NCBI RefSeq assembly: GCF_009834535.1
Contig: NC_045696.1
Location: 98,148,001-98,212,000 of the forward strand
Reading direction: 5' to 3'
Source: Camelus ferus
Taxonomy: Eukaryota
Length of the DNA stretch: 64,000 nucleotides
In this document: positions 13,356 through 24,384 of the stretch, piece by piece
Layout: every line of letters begins with the position of its first letter
Position numbering within the stretch: position 1 is the first letter of the stretch
Made by a program: the position numbers and the translations under genes
The notes under the pieces: generated by a model
What the model was told of the DNA's origin: nothing
Databases searched by the model: none
What the model saw: only the letters and a program-made list of their open reading frames with translations

Positions 13356-13457
13356 CTTGAGAACATACAGTGGATTGTTTTCAGCAGTAGTTCCAATTTT
13401 AATTCGAGACACCATTTTAGGATTCTTACGCACCATTTTTTCAGTCCAAGCAACAAT
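13356..13457 (-). CDS. CPA3: CPA3 exon 5
   Basis: 102 nt, IVAWTEKMVRKNPKMVSRIKIGTTAENNPLYVLK. Confidence 0.95.
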
Positions 13458-13570
13458 CTTAAGAAAAAAAAAACCAATGTTTGAGGGATTAGAATAAAAG
13501 AAAACTAAGTGACATCAAATGTTTTGGGTGACATTTTTCTTTTTGGAAGCACTGGCATTTTATACTGTAC

Positions 13571-13673
13571 CTTGTCCCAGTTATTGTATTTTGCATAGCT
13601 GTGCCTGCCTGGGAAATCTTCTTTAACATCAAACTGTTTCTCAACCTCTTCTTGTACATCATGCATCAAAATT
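13571..13673 (-). CDS. CPA3: CPA3 exon 4 (pro/mature junction)
   Basis: 103 nt, ILMHDVQEEVEKQFDVKEDFPGRHSYAKYNNWDK. Confidence 0.95.
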
Positions 13674-14704
13674 CTGTTTGACAGGGGAATGATAAAACAC
13701 ACATTTACCAGAGAAAGAAAGAAAAACAGTTATCTTCCCTTTGCAGAAATTTCTTCTTCCTTCCTGTCTATCTTAGATTGTTTGCCCTGTTTCTTCATTA
13801 TTCTCTAACCACCTCTTTTAAACATGTCTCATGCCTGGCTTCTGATCTTCCCATTTATCTAGAACTGTGCTGTTCTCACTGACTGACTGACCAGAGTTTA
13901 GAGGAAAAGCATAAATGAGGTATATACTAGGTATACTGTATTCAGAGCTTATTTAGCATTGAGACCAAGTACTGCTCATGAATATTGATTCCCATTAACA
14001 TCGCTGAGAAGCACATTATTATGCATATTTTATCTAACTCACTATATGCTTGGTTTTGACTTGTGATGAATCTGGGATTTCTAAGAAAAAAACTGTAACA
14101 ATGAATTTGGAGTCAGATGGGGTATGTTGCACTGAAACTCACATGGAGTTTGAGAAGTTGGAAATTATACTTTGGTTTGTCCCTACAGAGATAATTAATT
14201 GTTTTAAGCTCTAAAGAGGGCATGTGGCTTTTGCTCCACCTGCATTAATAGAAGTAGAGGACAGGCAAAAGAGAGATTTTATGGTCTCGGAGGTTGATTC
14301 GTAACATAAGGCAGTATTAATTAGTCACAGGAAGCGCCTGTCTAAGAATATTTTTAGACTTAGCACGTATCAATTTAGCTCTTGTGATAACAGCAGCAAA
14401 AGAAAGTCGTGTGAGCTGAAATACGACCTTTCCACAAGTGCAGCTGCTTGAGGACATCAGAATAGTGCCAGATTGTTGCTGATAGGGACTTGAAATTAAG
14501 CCTAAGGCTGGAAATTAAGAACCACTGCCAGATGTTATTTTCATGAGCCTTTCTACTAACTAGCAGTCATATTTAAGTAGACAAAACCAAATTATTTTCT
14601 CTCAGATATTATTTTAGCACTTCAAGATTTGCTTAATTTGTTTAAAAAAGTTCCTAAATATAGATGAAAGGATAAATAATTATCACTGAGGATTTAATTT
14701 TATA

Positions 14705-14947
14705 AATGGCTAATGTTTATTGAGTTTTTCTTATGTTCCAGGCACTCTGTTCAGCATGACAGTTACATTTTATCATTTAATCTTTACATCAACACTGTTA
14801 ATTGAGTACTATTATAACTCTCATTTTTATAGAGGTTAGGTAGATTTCCAACATTGACACAACTGGTAAAATACAGAAACTGGGATTTGAACCCAGAGAT
14901 GTATGACCTTCAGTGCTCTAGCTGTGAACCATTACACAACAGTGCCT
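14705..14947. mobile_element. MIR-like SINE remnant
   Basis: CCAGGCACT...CTCATTTTT...GAGGTTAGGTA...GGGATTTGAACCCAG core. Confidence 0.6.
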
Positions 14948-15166
14948 CCAACACAAGGAATGAAATCCCTGAGTGCTGCCATCAGACCCATAGTCTTCTT
15001 AATTTCCTGAAGTTTGTGCAAAGTTTGCCCAGTTGACCAGCTCTCCTGGAAGCCTTAGTCCCAAGATCAGGAAGAGGTAGACTCAGAGAAGAGGCAAAAT
15101 GAATTCTGTTTTGACAACTTAAAGCCTTCCTCCTTCTGCTGCTTTTAGAGAGTAATAAAGAAGGAA

Positions 15167-17602
15167 TGGAGATTGCTTTGGCAATTTGGGGTCTTTTGTG
15201 GGTCCATATAAATTTTAGGATAATTTGTTCTAGTTCTGTGAAAAACGTCATGGGTATTTTGATAGGAATGTCATTAAATCTGTAGACTGCTTTGTGTGTT
15301 ATGGCCATGTTAACAATAGTAGCGCATCCAGCCCAAGAGTGTGGGTTTTGTGTCGCCCTCAGTCTCCTTCATCACTGCTTCATAGGTTTTGGTGTGTAGG
15401 TCTTTCACCTCCTTGGTTAAGTTTATTCTCAGGTATTTTATTCTTTTTGATATGATTTTAAAACAATTTTTTTTCTTTCTGATAGTTCATCATTAGTGTA
15501 TAGAAAAGCAACAGATTTCTGTATATTAATCTTGTATCCTGCAACTTTGCTGAATTTATTTATTAGTTTCAATAGGTTTTGGGTAGAGACTTTAGGGTTT
15601 TCTATATAAAGTATCATGTCCTCTGCAAATAGTGATAATTTTACCTCTTCCCTTCCAATTTGGATGGCTTTTATTTCTTACTCTTGTCTGATTGCTGTGC
15701 CTAGAGTTGCCAATACTACGTTAAATAGAATTGCCAAGGGTGGGCATCTGTGTCTTGTTCCTCAATTTAGAGGAAAGGCTTTCAACATTTTACCATTGAG
15801 TATGATGATAGCTGTGGGTTTGTCATAAACTGCTTTATTATGTTGAGATATATTCCATTTCTACCCACTTTGATGAGAATTTTTATCATGAATGGATACT
15901 GAATTTTGTCAAATACTCTTTCTGTGTCTATTGAGTTGATCATGTGATTTTTACCCTTCCTTTTCTTAATGTAGTATATCACATTGATTGACTTGCAAAT
16001 ATTGAACCATCCTTGCACCCCCGGAATAAATCTCACTTGATCATGGTATAAGATCTTTTTATGTATTGTTGGATTCAGTTAGCCGGAGGCTAACTGAACT
16101 TCCCTGACTTCAGACTATACTACAAAGCTACTGTCATCAAAGAACATAGTACTGGCACGAAAACAGACGCATGGACCAATGGAACAGAATAGAGAGCCTA
16201 GAAATACACCTATGCACCTACGGTCATTAATCTATGACAAAGGAGGCAAGAATGTATGATGGAGAAAAGACAATCTCTTTAATAAGTGATGCTGGGAAAA
16301 CTGGACAGCTGCATGTAAAACAGTGAGATTAGAACATTTTCTCACACTATATACAAAAATAAATTCAAAATGTATTAATGACCTAAGTGTAAGACCTAAA
16401 ACCATAAAACTCCTAGAAGAAAACACAGGCAGAACACTCTTTGACTCTAGCAATATTTTTTGGATCTGTCTCTTAAAGCAAAAGAAGGCAAAAATAAACA
16501 AATGGAACCTAATTAAACTTAAAGCCATTTGCACAGCAAAGGAAACTATTGAAAAAACAAAAGACAACCTACTGAATGGGAGAAAATATTTGCAAATGAT
16601 ATGCCTGATAAGGTGTTAATATCAACAATGTGTAAACAACTCATACAATTCAACATCAAAAAACACATAACCCAGTCAAAAAAGGGGCAGAAGACCTAAG
16701 TAGACATTCTTCCAAAGAAGACATTTGGATGGCTAACAGGCACATGAAAAGATGCTCAACATTGCTAGTTATTAGAGAAATGAAAATCAAAAGAACAATG
16801 AGATATCACCTCACATCTGTCAAAATGGCCATCATCAAAAAGAACATAAAGAACAAATATTGGTGAGGATGTGGAGAAAAGGGAACCCTCCTACACTATT
16901 GGTAGGAATGTAAATTGGTGCAGCCACTGTGGAAAACAGTATGGAGGCTCCTGAAAAAACTGAAAATAGAATGACCATATGATCCAGCAATTCCACTCCT
17001 GGGTATATATCCAGGAAAAAAAGATAAACACTAATTTGAAAAGATACATGCACCCCCAGTGTTCATAGTAGCACTATTAACAATAGCCAAAATATACAAG
17101 CAACCTAAGTGTCCATCAACAGACAAATGGATAAAGAAGATGCAGTATATGTATACAATGGAATATTTCTTAGCCATAAAAAAGAATGAGATTCTGCCAT
17201 TTGAGACAATGTGGATGGACCTAGATAATATTATGCTACGTGAAATAGAGAGAGAAAGACAAATACTGTATGATATCATTTATTTGTGGAATCTGAAAAA
17301 TAAAACAAATGAATATGTATATAGCGAAACAGAAACAGACTCACAGATTTAGAAAACAAAGTAGTGGTTACCAGTGGGGAGAGGGAAGTGGAGTGAGGCA
17401 AGATAGGCATATGGCATTAGGAGGTGCAAACTACTATGTATAACATAGATAAGCAACAAGGATATATTTATAGTGCAGGGAATTATAGCCATTATTTTGT
17501 GATGACTTTTAATGGAGTATAACCTATAAAAATACTGAATCATTAAGCTATACTCCTGAAACTAATATATAATATTTTAATTCAACTATACTTCAGTTAA
17601 AA
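15167..17602 (+). mobile_element. 5'-truncated L1 with twin-priming inversion (about 15170-16080 inverted, about 16081-17602 forward)
   Basis: ORF2 remnants on both strands ([22 protein letters not shown] on minus; YTKINSK and YKQPKCPSTDKWIKKM on plus), A-tail at about 17600, TSD AAAGAAGGAA at 15157-15166 and 17603-17612. Confidence 0.92.
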
Positions 17603-20600
17603 AAAGAAGGAACTGTGGGCCAGTGTATGTGATTGCTAAGGGCTTTGGGGGTGTGTGTGTGTGTGTGTGTGTAAGTGGGGAAGTGATGTTGCAGGAAGGC
17701 AGAGTCATTGTTGTGGTGCCTTATAAACTGGTCTGAACTGCCCTTCCCTAATGCTCACATTCCTGCAGGATAGGAGCTACTCACAAAGCATGATTTCAGG
17801 TTTCCACAAGATCTCATTTGTCTCCAGTAACTCCCTAACTGGTTTACTTTGTATCAAACTTGGCACAGACGTGGATTTCTGACCATTTGAGGCATACCTC
17901 TGTGTTGGATAATAAACTTTAAGGCACTAAATGTATTCACTAGGAGGGAAAGGGAGCATCTGATGATAGTCTCTAGTTATCCTGTTGCGCAGTGTGTGTG
18001 TGCATGCACCACTCATGTAAGCACATGTATAAGTGGTCTTTCCTCCACTTGCATTAACAACAGTAGTAAAGGAACCAGGCAAAGAACAATTTTATGGTCC
18101 CAGCCAATCTTCATGGAACCCCTATGAAACATCATCTTAAAAATGAAGAAAATGAGATGAAGAGAAGTTAAATAAATTGTCAGTGTTAAATAATGCATGG
18201 TTTAAATGGGACTAGACTCAGACACTCTCACTCCAGAATCCACATTCTTATCTACCACACTCTTCTGCTTTCCACTGTGACCAACATCTCTTCGATATTT
18301 GTAGCAAATATTAATTTACCCATTTTATTCTTGGGTAAGGGATGTATAAAAATGTGGAGTAGAAGGAAAAATGAATAAGATGAAACATTAGAATGATTTA
18401 TTTGCTTGAAACACTTATTTGATAGGACCATGTATATACTTGGAATATGAATCTATATCTAACTGAACATTATTAGGTAATTAGACATTATTATGAAGTG
18501 TTGATGATCAGTTTGGTGTAGATATCTGTGTTTCTCACATAATCTTTATGTGGATCTCAGTAAGATTTTACTTAATTGTATAATTTGAATTTTACTATTA
18601 ATAGTTATTTTCTGAATTACCTTTAATTAATAATTATTTTCTAATTTTAACTTTTGGTCAAAGAAAAGATAATCTAAAATATATCTAAAATACAAATATC
18701 TACAAATGTAAAAAATTAGTAAAAACACTGGTTTTCAACTGCTGACTCTAAATATGGCATCTGCTCCTTAAGGCTCAATCCAATAGGTGCTCATTCCTTT
18801 AGACGTTTATTAAGCCAGTCTATTCAGGTTTGTTAGTATATACATTTTATTTGTTTTTTGGACTTGGCCTTTTGTGATTCTGTAAAAGTATAAATAAAAA
18901 GGGAGCAACATGCAACTTTAAAATCAAATGTCTTAGTAATTTAATTTTCTGAAAATTATTAAAAAATCACACAGATGCTTTAAACTAAGTAGTGGTTTAT
19001 ATGCACTGTGTAATGAAGCTGTCTAAGTAAATCATTGTGTCAAGCCAGTCTCTTAATGTGGCTTTATTCAGACTGGTGCCTGGGTCCAACCAGATGTTTC
19101 TGTTCTTAGAACCCTCTTCTGTTACTGACACCAAGTAGCACGTGTAATTAATATGCAAATAAAATTATCTTATAATTAGTACTTGGAGACAAGATTTTAA
19201 ATAGTTCTTATCTGTGCAGACCACTTTACATATTTATATTTCTGAGGAAGGTAACTACCTAATTATGTGGCTTTCCCACAACTGTGGCTAATTTGGGCCA
19301 ATTTCTAGAAATCATGTTCTAATTAGATGAAACTAATTTTTATAGGTAGTTTAACGCTTTGGTTCTTGATGTAGGTAGCAAGGAAGTATTTGGCAAAAGA
19401 CAAAGTGAAAAAATCTATTTGTTAGGATCTGGATTTAGACCTCTGTCTGAGTCAGAATTGTTTCAAACTAGGAGAGGACCAAATAGAAGGGCTGATGTGA
19501 GCTATTTGATAAAATGGAAGGATGGTAGCCCCCCACCTAGGTGTCTTCTGTCACAGTGATTTATTCTGCTATCTACACTCAATGTTGGGCAACTAGCTTC
19601 TTGTCTACCTAACCAAGACATTAAGGAAAATGTACTACATTTTTACCCTGCCGTTCAAACCAGATTATATGAAGTTGACCAGCTAAAATTTATTTTAGCT
19701 TGTGCTAGATACTTTGTAAGAATTACTTAATCATAGGAATCTGGGCCAGGTTTATAGTAATGAAGGAAAGCAAAGATTGTAGTAATCGAGGCATACATTT
19801 GAGAAGTCTGCTGTGAAGTGAATCAAGAAACACAGTCATCAGGGAGTATGTAGGGAAGAGGGGTGATTTCTTTTCAGATGAAGGAATCAGACATCAATGT
19901 TAGCATAAGCATAGAGTCCACAGTGCACTACTAATTTCTGCAGTCTTGGAGGCAGAGTTACAAAGTGTCTATTTCTGATTTTAGTGGTGTAATTTATAAA
20001 ATCATACGAAAGAACATATTGATACATTAATCAAAAAGGCTTAAGTGCTGGTATAAATTAATTTTGAATATGTTCTCCCCATTTATTCACTTCTGCATTT
20101 GTTTCACAACCCTCTTGAAACAACAACAAAAACAAAGATAGTCAGCAACAGCAATCACTTTTTAAGCCATTAAACCACAGTCAAGAACATTGTTTATTTA
20201 CTTGTCTCATGTATGTGTTTCCTTCGTTTCAACATTGTTTATATGTATTAGGGATACTGTAGCAATGTAATAAATACAGTCAAGTCGTATGACCATCAGT
20301 AAGCCCCACTCTGTAATATGACATAGGATCCTTGAGCCATGTGAGTGACAACACTAGGTTAGGTGGCAGAGGCATGAAATAGCAAATCTAAAAGATAGAA
20401 CTAGTGTTTAGCAGTGTTTTGAGTGGTGGTGGGCTCAGTAAAGGGGACTGCTGGAATAACAAGGGCTGGGGGATTTAAAACAGGACCCCTCAGTACATCA
20501 AACTGCTACATGTTTTAAAGGATAAAAGCACATGTTGTTTTCTGTATTGTGTGCTGATTTGTGATGCTCATCTCTGGGCTCCCTTCTTATTCGTTGGCCC

Positions 20601-21276
20601 AGGGCCCAGACTGTGTGTGCGTGACCTGTAATTGGTGCTCAGTAAGTTCTAATTTCCCCTTATTTCTCTGTGGGACCACAACGACTCATTTCTGCATCTC
20701 TGGCCGTTCGAGAAATCTCTTCTCTTAGATTTAAGTCTTATTTTTACTGCATTGTTTTTGTTTTCTCTGAGGAAGAATTTCTTTCATAAAGAATTATTTA
20801 TTTTGTTATATATTTTACATTCTTGCATCTCTGACTCAAAGATGAACACTGTTATTTGGGTCTCCTTTTATGTGTCAGGAGAATTCAAATACAAGAGTGT
20901 GGTGCTGCCAGTCATCAGCAGTGCTGAGCGCTGCGCTGATTACCTGTAGGGGGCGTTGAATGTGCCCAAACCATCCATGCCTGCTTAAGTGCACTCTGTC
21001 CTTACTAGGGGCTGGTTTTTGGAGATGGAAGATGAACGTAATTGTCATTCTTGCAGATCGCAGCAAACATATGATGGGAGTTGAGTGGCCAAATTTGAGC
21101 TCATCACTTTTGAAAGCAGGTTTTCATAGTTAGTTTGGAAGTAACTTTAAATTTTATTTCATAGATAGAGCTTTCATTCTGGGTGGGCCCAATTTAAAAA
21201 TAGTACTTCCCTCTCAATTTCAAGACTCCTCAAACTTTGAGTATCCAATACATTTGAATATTTGCATGGGACTTAC

Positions 21277-21401
21277 TCGTAGTGCACTTTATTTTGATCC
21301 AAGGCAGACTGAATGGGCTGGGATTCCTTTTCACTAACTCGGAAATCCACTGTCATGTTAGCAGCTACATGGTAGGTGGCGTCTGGATACCAGAAGTCAA
21401 G
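21277..21401 (-). CDS. CPA3: CPA3 exon 3 (propeptide)
   Basis: 125 nt, LDFWYPDATYHVAANMTVDFRVSEKESQPIQSALDQNKVHY; CAG acceptor, GTAAGT donor. Confidence 0.95.
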
Positions 21402-22879
21402 CTGTGGAGATAAGATCAGTGTTAGTCAGTTGTTTATTTGCTCATCCAACACATTTATTAAGAACTGACTATGTGTCATATGCCATGAAAGGAATTTCAG
21501 TGTGACTAAAGTATGGACCCTTCTCTGAATAAGCGTATGAGATCTTAAATATATTTAAGAACTGTTGAATATTAGGGAGTGGGGAAAAAACCCCATTGTA
21601 TTGATCACTTTTTTAGGTCATGGTACCTACAAGTACAAAAAGAATGGACCACTTTTGGTTAATCTGTTTGCTTCCACCACCTTGGGGTTGGTTGGTGTTG
21701 TTTCACAGTTGATTTAGCCACAGCAGCTGTTTCCCCCTCCCCAGTCCCCACTCCTGCAGCAGACCTCAGAACCAGATGTCCCTGTGAACTCTGGAATTCT
21801 TAGAAGGTTTGTGTCCAATGAAGGCATAACTCCAGCCCTGTCATTTTTCTAGCAGTGTGTCTTAGGGCAAATTACTAAAACTCTTTGAATTTCAGCTCTC
21901 TCCCCTAAAAACTGGGACTAACAGCTCTCTACTGGGAGTGTTGCGAAACCTGAAATAGCTGTGACGTCTGGGCCTTGCAGGCATTCAGCAACTGCTGGTT
22001 CCCTTCTCTTCCTCTGGCTCAGAATTTCAGAAATTTGGTGAATGGGACTATAAAGATAGCATTCAGATTAAAACAATTCGAGAAGATTCCAATATTTGTT
22101 CTTCAAAATCGTACCCAATTGTGAGACCAAATGAAGTACAACTTCCCAACCTAGGAAATGTGGAGAAAATGCCCACTTTCCACCCATTATGCCAAACTTG
22201 TGGACACATCTAAGTCTATGGCTGTTTTGTAGTTGAATCCCACTCTACCTCTAGGTCAGTCAGTTATATGCCAGTATGAAGCTGTGATGAACCAATTGAT
22301 ATTTATTGGTTTATTTTGATGAAAAAGAACAGCGTGAATTAGACATATGAAAGATAGAAGTGTGATTTAAAGGTGAGTTATATAGGGCCATCTAATCACA
22401 ATAGCAGTTTCTCTGACAGGGTAAATTGGGCTAACAGTTTAGGGCTCAGTGAACTTTCATGAGCATTTATTAAGCACCAGGCACAGAGCTGGGTGCCAGG
22501 ATTGTAGAGACTAATAGAAGAGAAGCAAGAAGTTTAGTGTGGGAGACAGAGCCGTGTATGCATTTCCTGTATGCTGACCAAATGCCAGGGGCAAGCACAG
22601 GTGTTCTAGGAGCACAGAAAGCTATCCAAACTGGCTCAGGAGAGTGGATGAACAGAGAAGGACTTCCTTCAGGAGACACTGCCTGAGCTGGGTCTTGAAG
22701 AATAAATAGCAGTTAGCCAAGTAAAGAAGGAAATGCATTCCTCCTGAGAAAAAGTGAATAGGGCCAAAGTGGGTGAGTTTTTGGTGTTTATGATGATTGA
22801 AGGGTGAGAAAGAGGGTGGGGGGTGCAGAGGTTGGCAGGTTATGAAGTTCTTGGAATGCCACACCAATACGAATAGAAA

Positions 22880-23070
22880 ATACTTCTACAGTGCTTGTTA
22901 TGGCTAGGCCCACTTCTGAAGATTACTCAAATATTAGTGCATTTAGTCTTTACAGCAGCTTTGGGAAGTAGATATGATTATTATCCCCACTTTACAGAGG
23001 AGGAAATTGAGACCCACAGAGGTTAAGTAACTTGCCTGAGGACACAGAGCTAGTGTAGAGCTAGGGTTTC
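22880..23070. mobile_element. MIR SINE
   Basis: ATTATCCCCACTTTACAGAGGAGGAAATTGAGACCCACAGAGGTTAAGTAACTTGCC core. Confidence 0.75.
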
Positions 23071-24072
23071 AACCTCTGAAGACCATGCTTTTTCCATACA
23101 AGGCCACCTCTTGCTAAAAAGCTCCAAATGGAGGAATGTAATTGTCCGGTTTTAGAGAGAGCAATCCGGTTACAGTGTGGACTTGGCTTTGTGGGAGGCA
23201 GGATGAGAACCCAGAACACCAGAGAAATCGAAATTGTCTATTGAAATTGTCCCTGTAAAAGACAGGGCACACATGAATTTGGCACTGACAAGGGGATGAA
23301 GAGGAAAGAATGGATTTGAAAAACATTTGGGAATTAGTATAGGCAGAACTTTTGATTGATTTGATGTGACTAGAATAAATCCCAGATTTGGTTCTGGGTT
23401 TAAATCTGATGTATCATCTTGGTTATTTAATTTACTGTCTTTGAATTTCAGTTCTGTTTTAAACAAGTTTAATTATGACAGTGACACTAAAAATCTGATG
23501 GAGAATTTGAAATGATGTATGTAAGGTGGCTGGCATATGTGTCTTGTGTCCAGGAGCAGCTGAACAAATGATAAAATGTTTATTTTAATCCGTTGGATTT
23601 TAAAAGACTGATCTAACTTTAAGAGTTTACTTTTAAAATGGACCTTCTCTTGGAAGGGGTCACATCTTGATATTATCAACTAGTGCATTGATGTCATCAG
23701 TCACCCAGTACCTTGATATTATCATGATTTTAACAGAAATTATGCTACTTTACAGATCAGAAGAGAATGCAGCTGGCAATGAAGGAGAGAAGCCATGATA
23801 AACGTGTCAGGAACATCTCCCTATTTCACAGTTTCACCTAGAAAAAGCTGTTGTCTGTAGAGCCTTTGGGCAGGAAAACAGAAGGGGTAATTTGGGGAAA
23901 AATAAACAGAAACAAGGAAAGTATTGGCGATTGGCTGAATTAGCCAAGTAGCTCCTGCCACTTCCCCCTGCCTTTGTCTTTGGGAGCTCCATGGGCATTA
24001 AAAATGAGAGACCAAAGAAGCAGTTGTCAGGGAACAGAAAGGAAAGATAGGATAGCCCTCTCCATGCCTTAC

Positions 24073-24148
24073 CTGGTTGGCTTTGGCCAAGTCCTTTATG
24101 ACGTTTGCTTGCTTTTCATCCTGGGGCTTCACACGGAGCACCTTCTCC
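24073..24148 (-). CDS. CPA3: CPA3 exon 2 (propeptide)
   Basis: 76 nt, EKVLRVKPQDEKQANVIKDLAKANQ, AG/GT boundaries. Confidence 0.95.
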
Positions 24149-24246
24149 CTGTAAGAATGCAAAGGATGAAAAATGTGAACTGTACAAGAAGCATTTCTTA
24201 ATCCTCTGCCCACACAGAGTCTGGAACACAGGGCGGAGAGATTTAC

Positions 24247-24314
24247 CTGTCAAAGCAGACAGGAGCAATTGCAAGGGTGGTAGCGATCAAACCCACAGGC
24301 AGGATGAACCGCAT
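24247..24314 (-). CDS. CPA3: CPA3 exon 1 coding part (signal peptide)
   Basis: ATG at 24314-24312; MRFILPVGLIATTLAIAPVCFD; donor GTAAAT at 24246. Confidence 0.95.
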
Positions 24315-24349
24315 GGTTCTTCTTTGCCTGCCTGGAGACCATCTGGCAG

Positions 24350-24384
24350 TTTTATGCCTCAGCTCTTATCTGAAGGAGCAGCTG
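24350..24384 (-). promoter_or_regulatory. CPA3: CPA3 proximal promoter: E-box/GATA composite and TATA-like CATAAAA
   Basis: Minus strand CAGCTG (24379-24384), 7 nt spacer, AGATAAG (24365-24371), then CATAAAA (24350-24356) about 36 nt upstream of the ATG. GATA dependence of the mast-cell CPA promoter is established. Confidence 0.65.

Larger units (their letters stand above)
6345..24314 (-). pseudogene. CPA3: Mast cell carboxypeptidase A3, exons 1-10, with a premature stop at codon 178 (probable loss-of-function allele or young pseudogene); exon 11 not in window
   Basis: Ten GT-AG exons (68,76,125,103,102,102,111,91,203,85 nt) splice in frame to MRFILPVGLIATTLAIAPVCFDREKVLRVKPQ...FPGRHSYAKYNNW...[14 protein letters not shown]...[13 protein letters not shown], recognisable as CPA3. 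TGA at 12268-12270. Confidence 0.9.

Noticed and set aside
14982..17543. Cluster of 60-110 aa ORFs on both strands as novel genes
   Set aside because: They are fragmented L1 ORF2 remnants and their antisense frames.
19681..19700. AGCTAAAAT-TT-ATTTTAGCT inverted repeat (and AGTAGATCTACT at 44781-44792)
   Set aside because: Short AT-rich palindromes expected by chance in 64 kb, with no supporting context.
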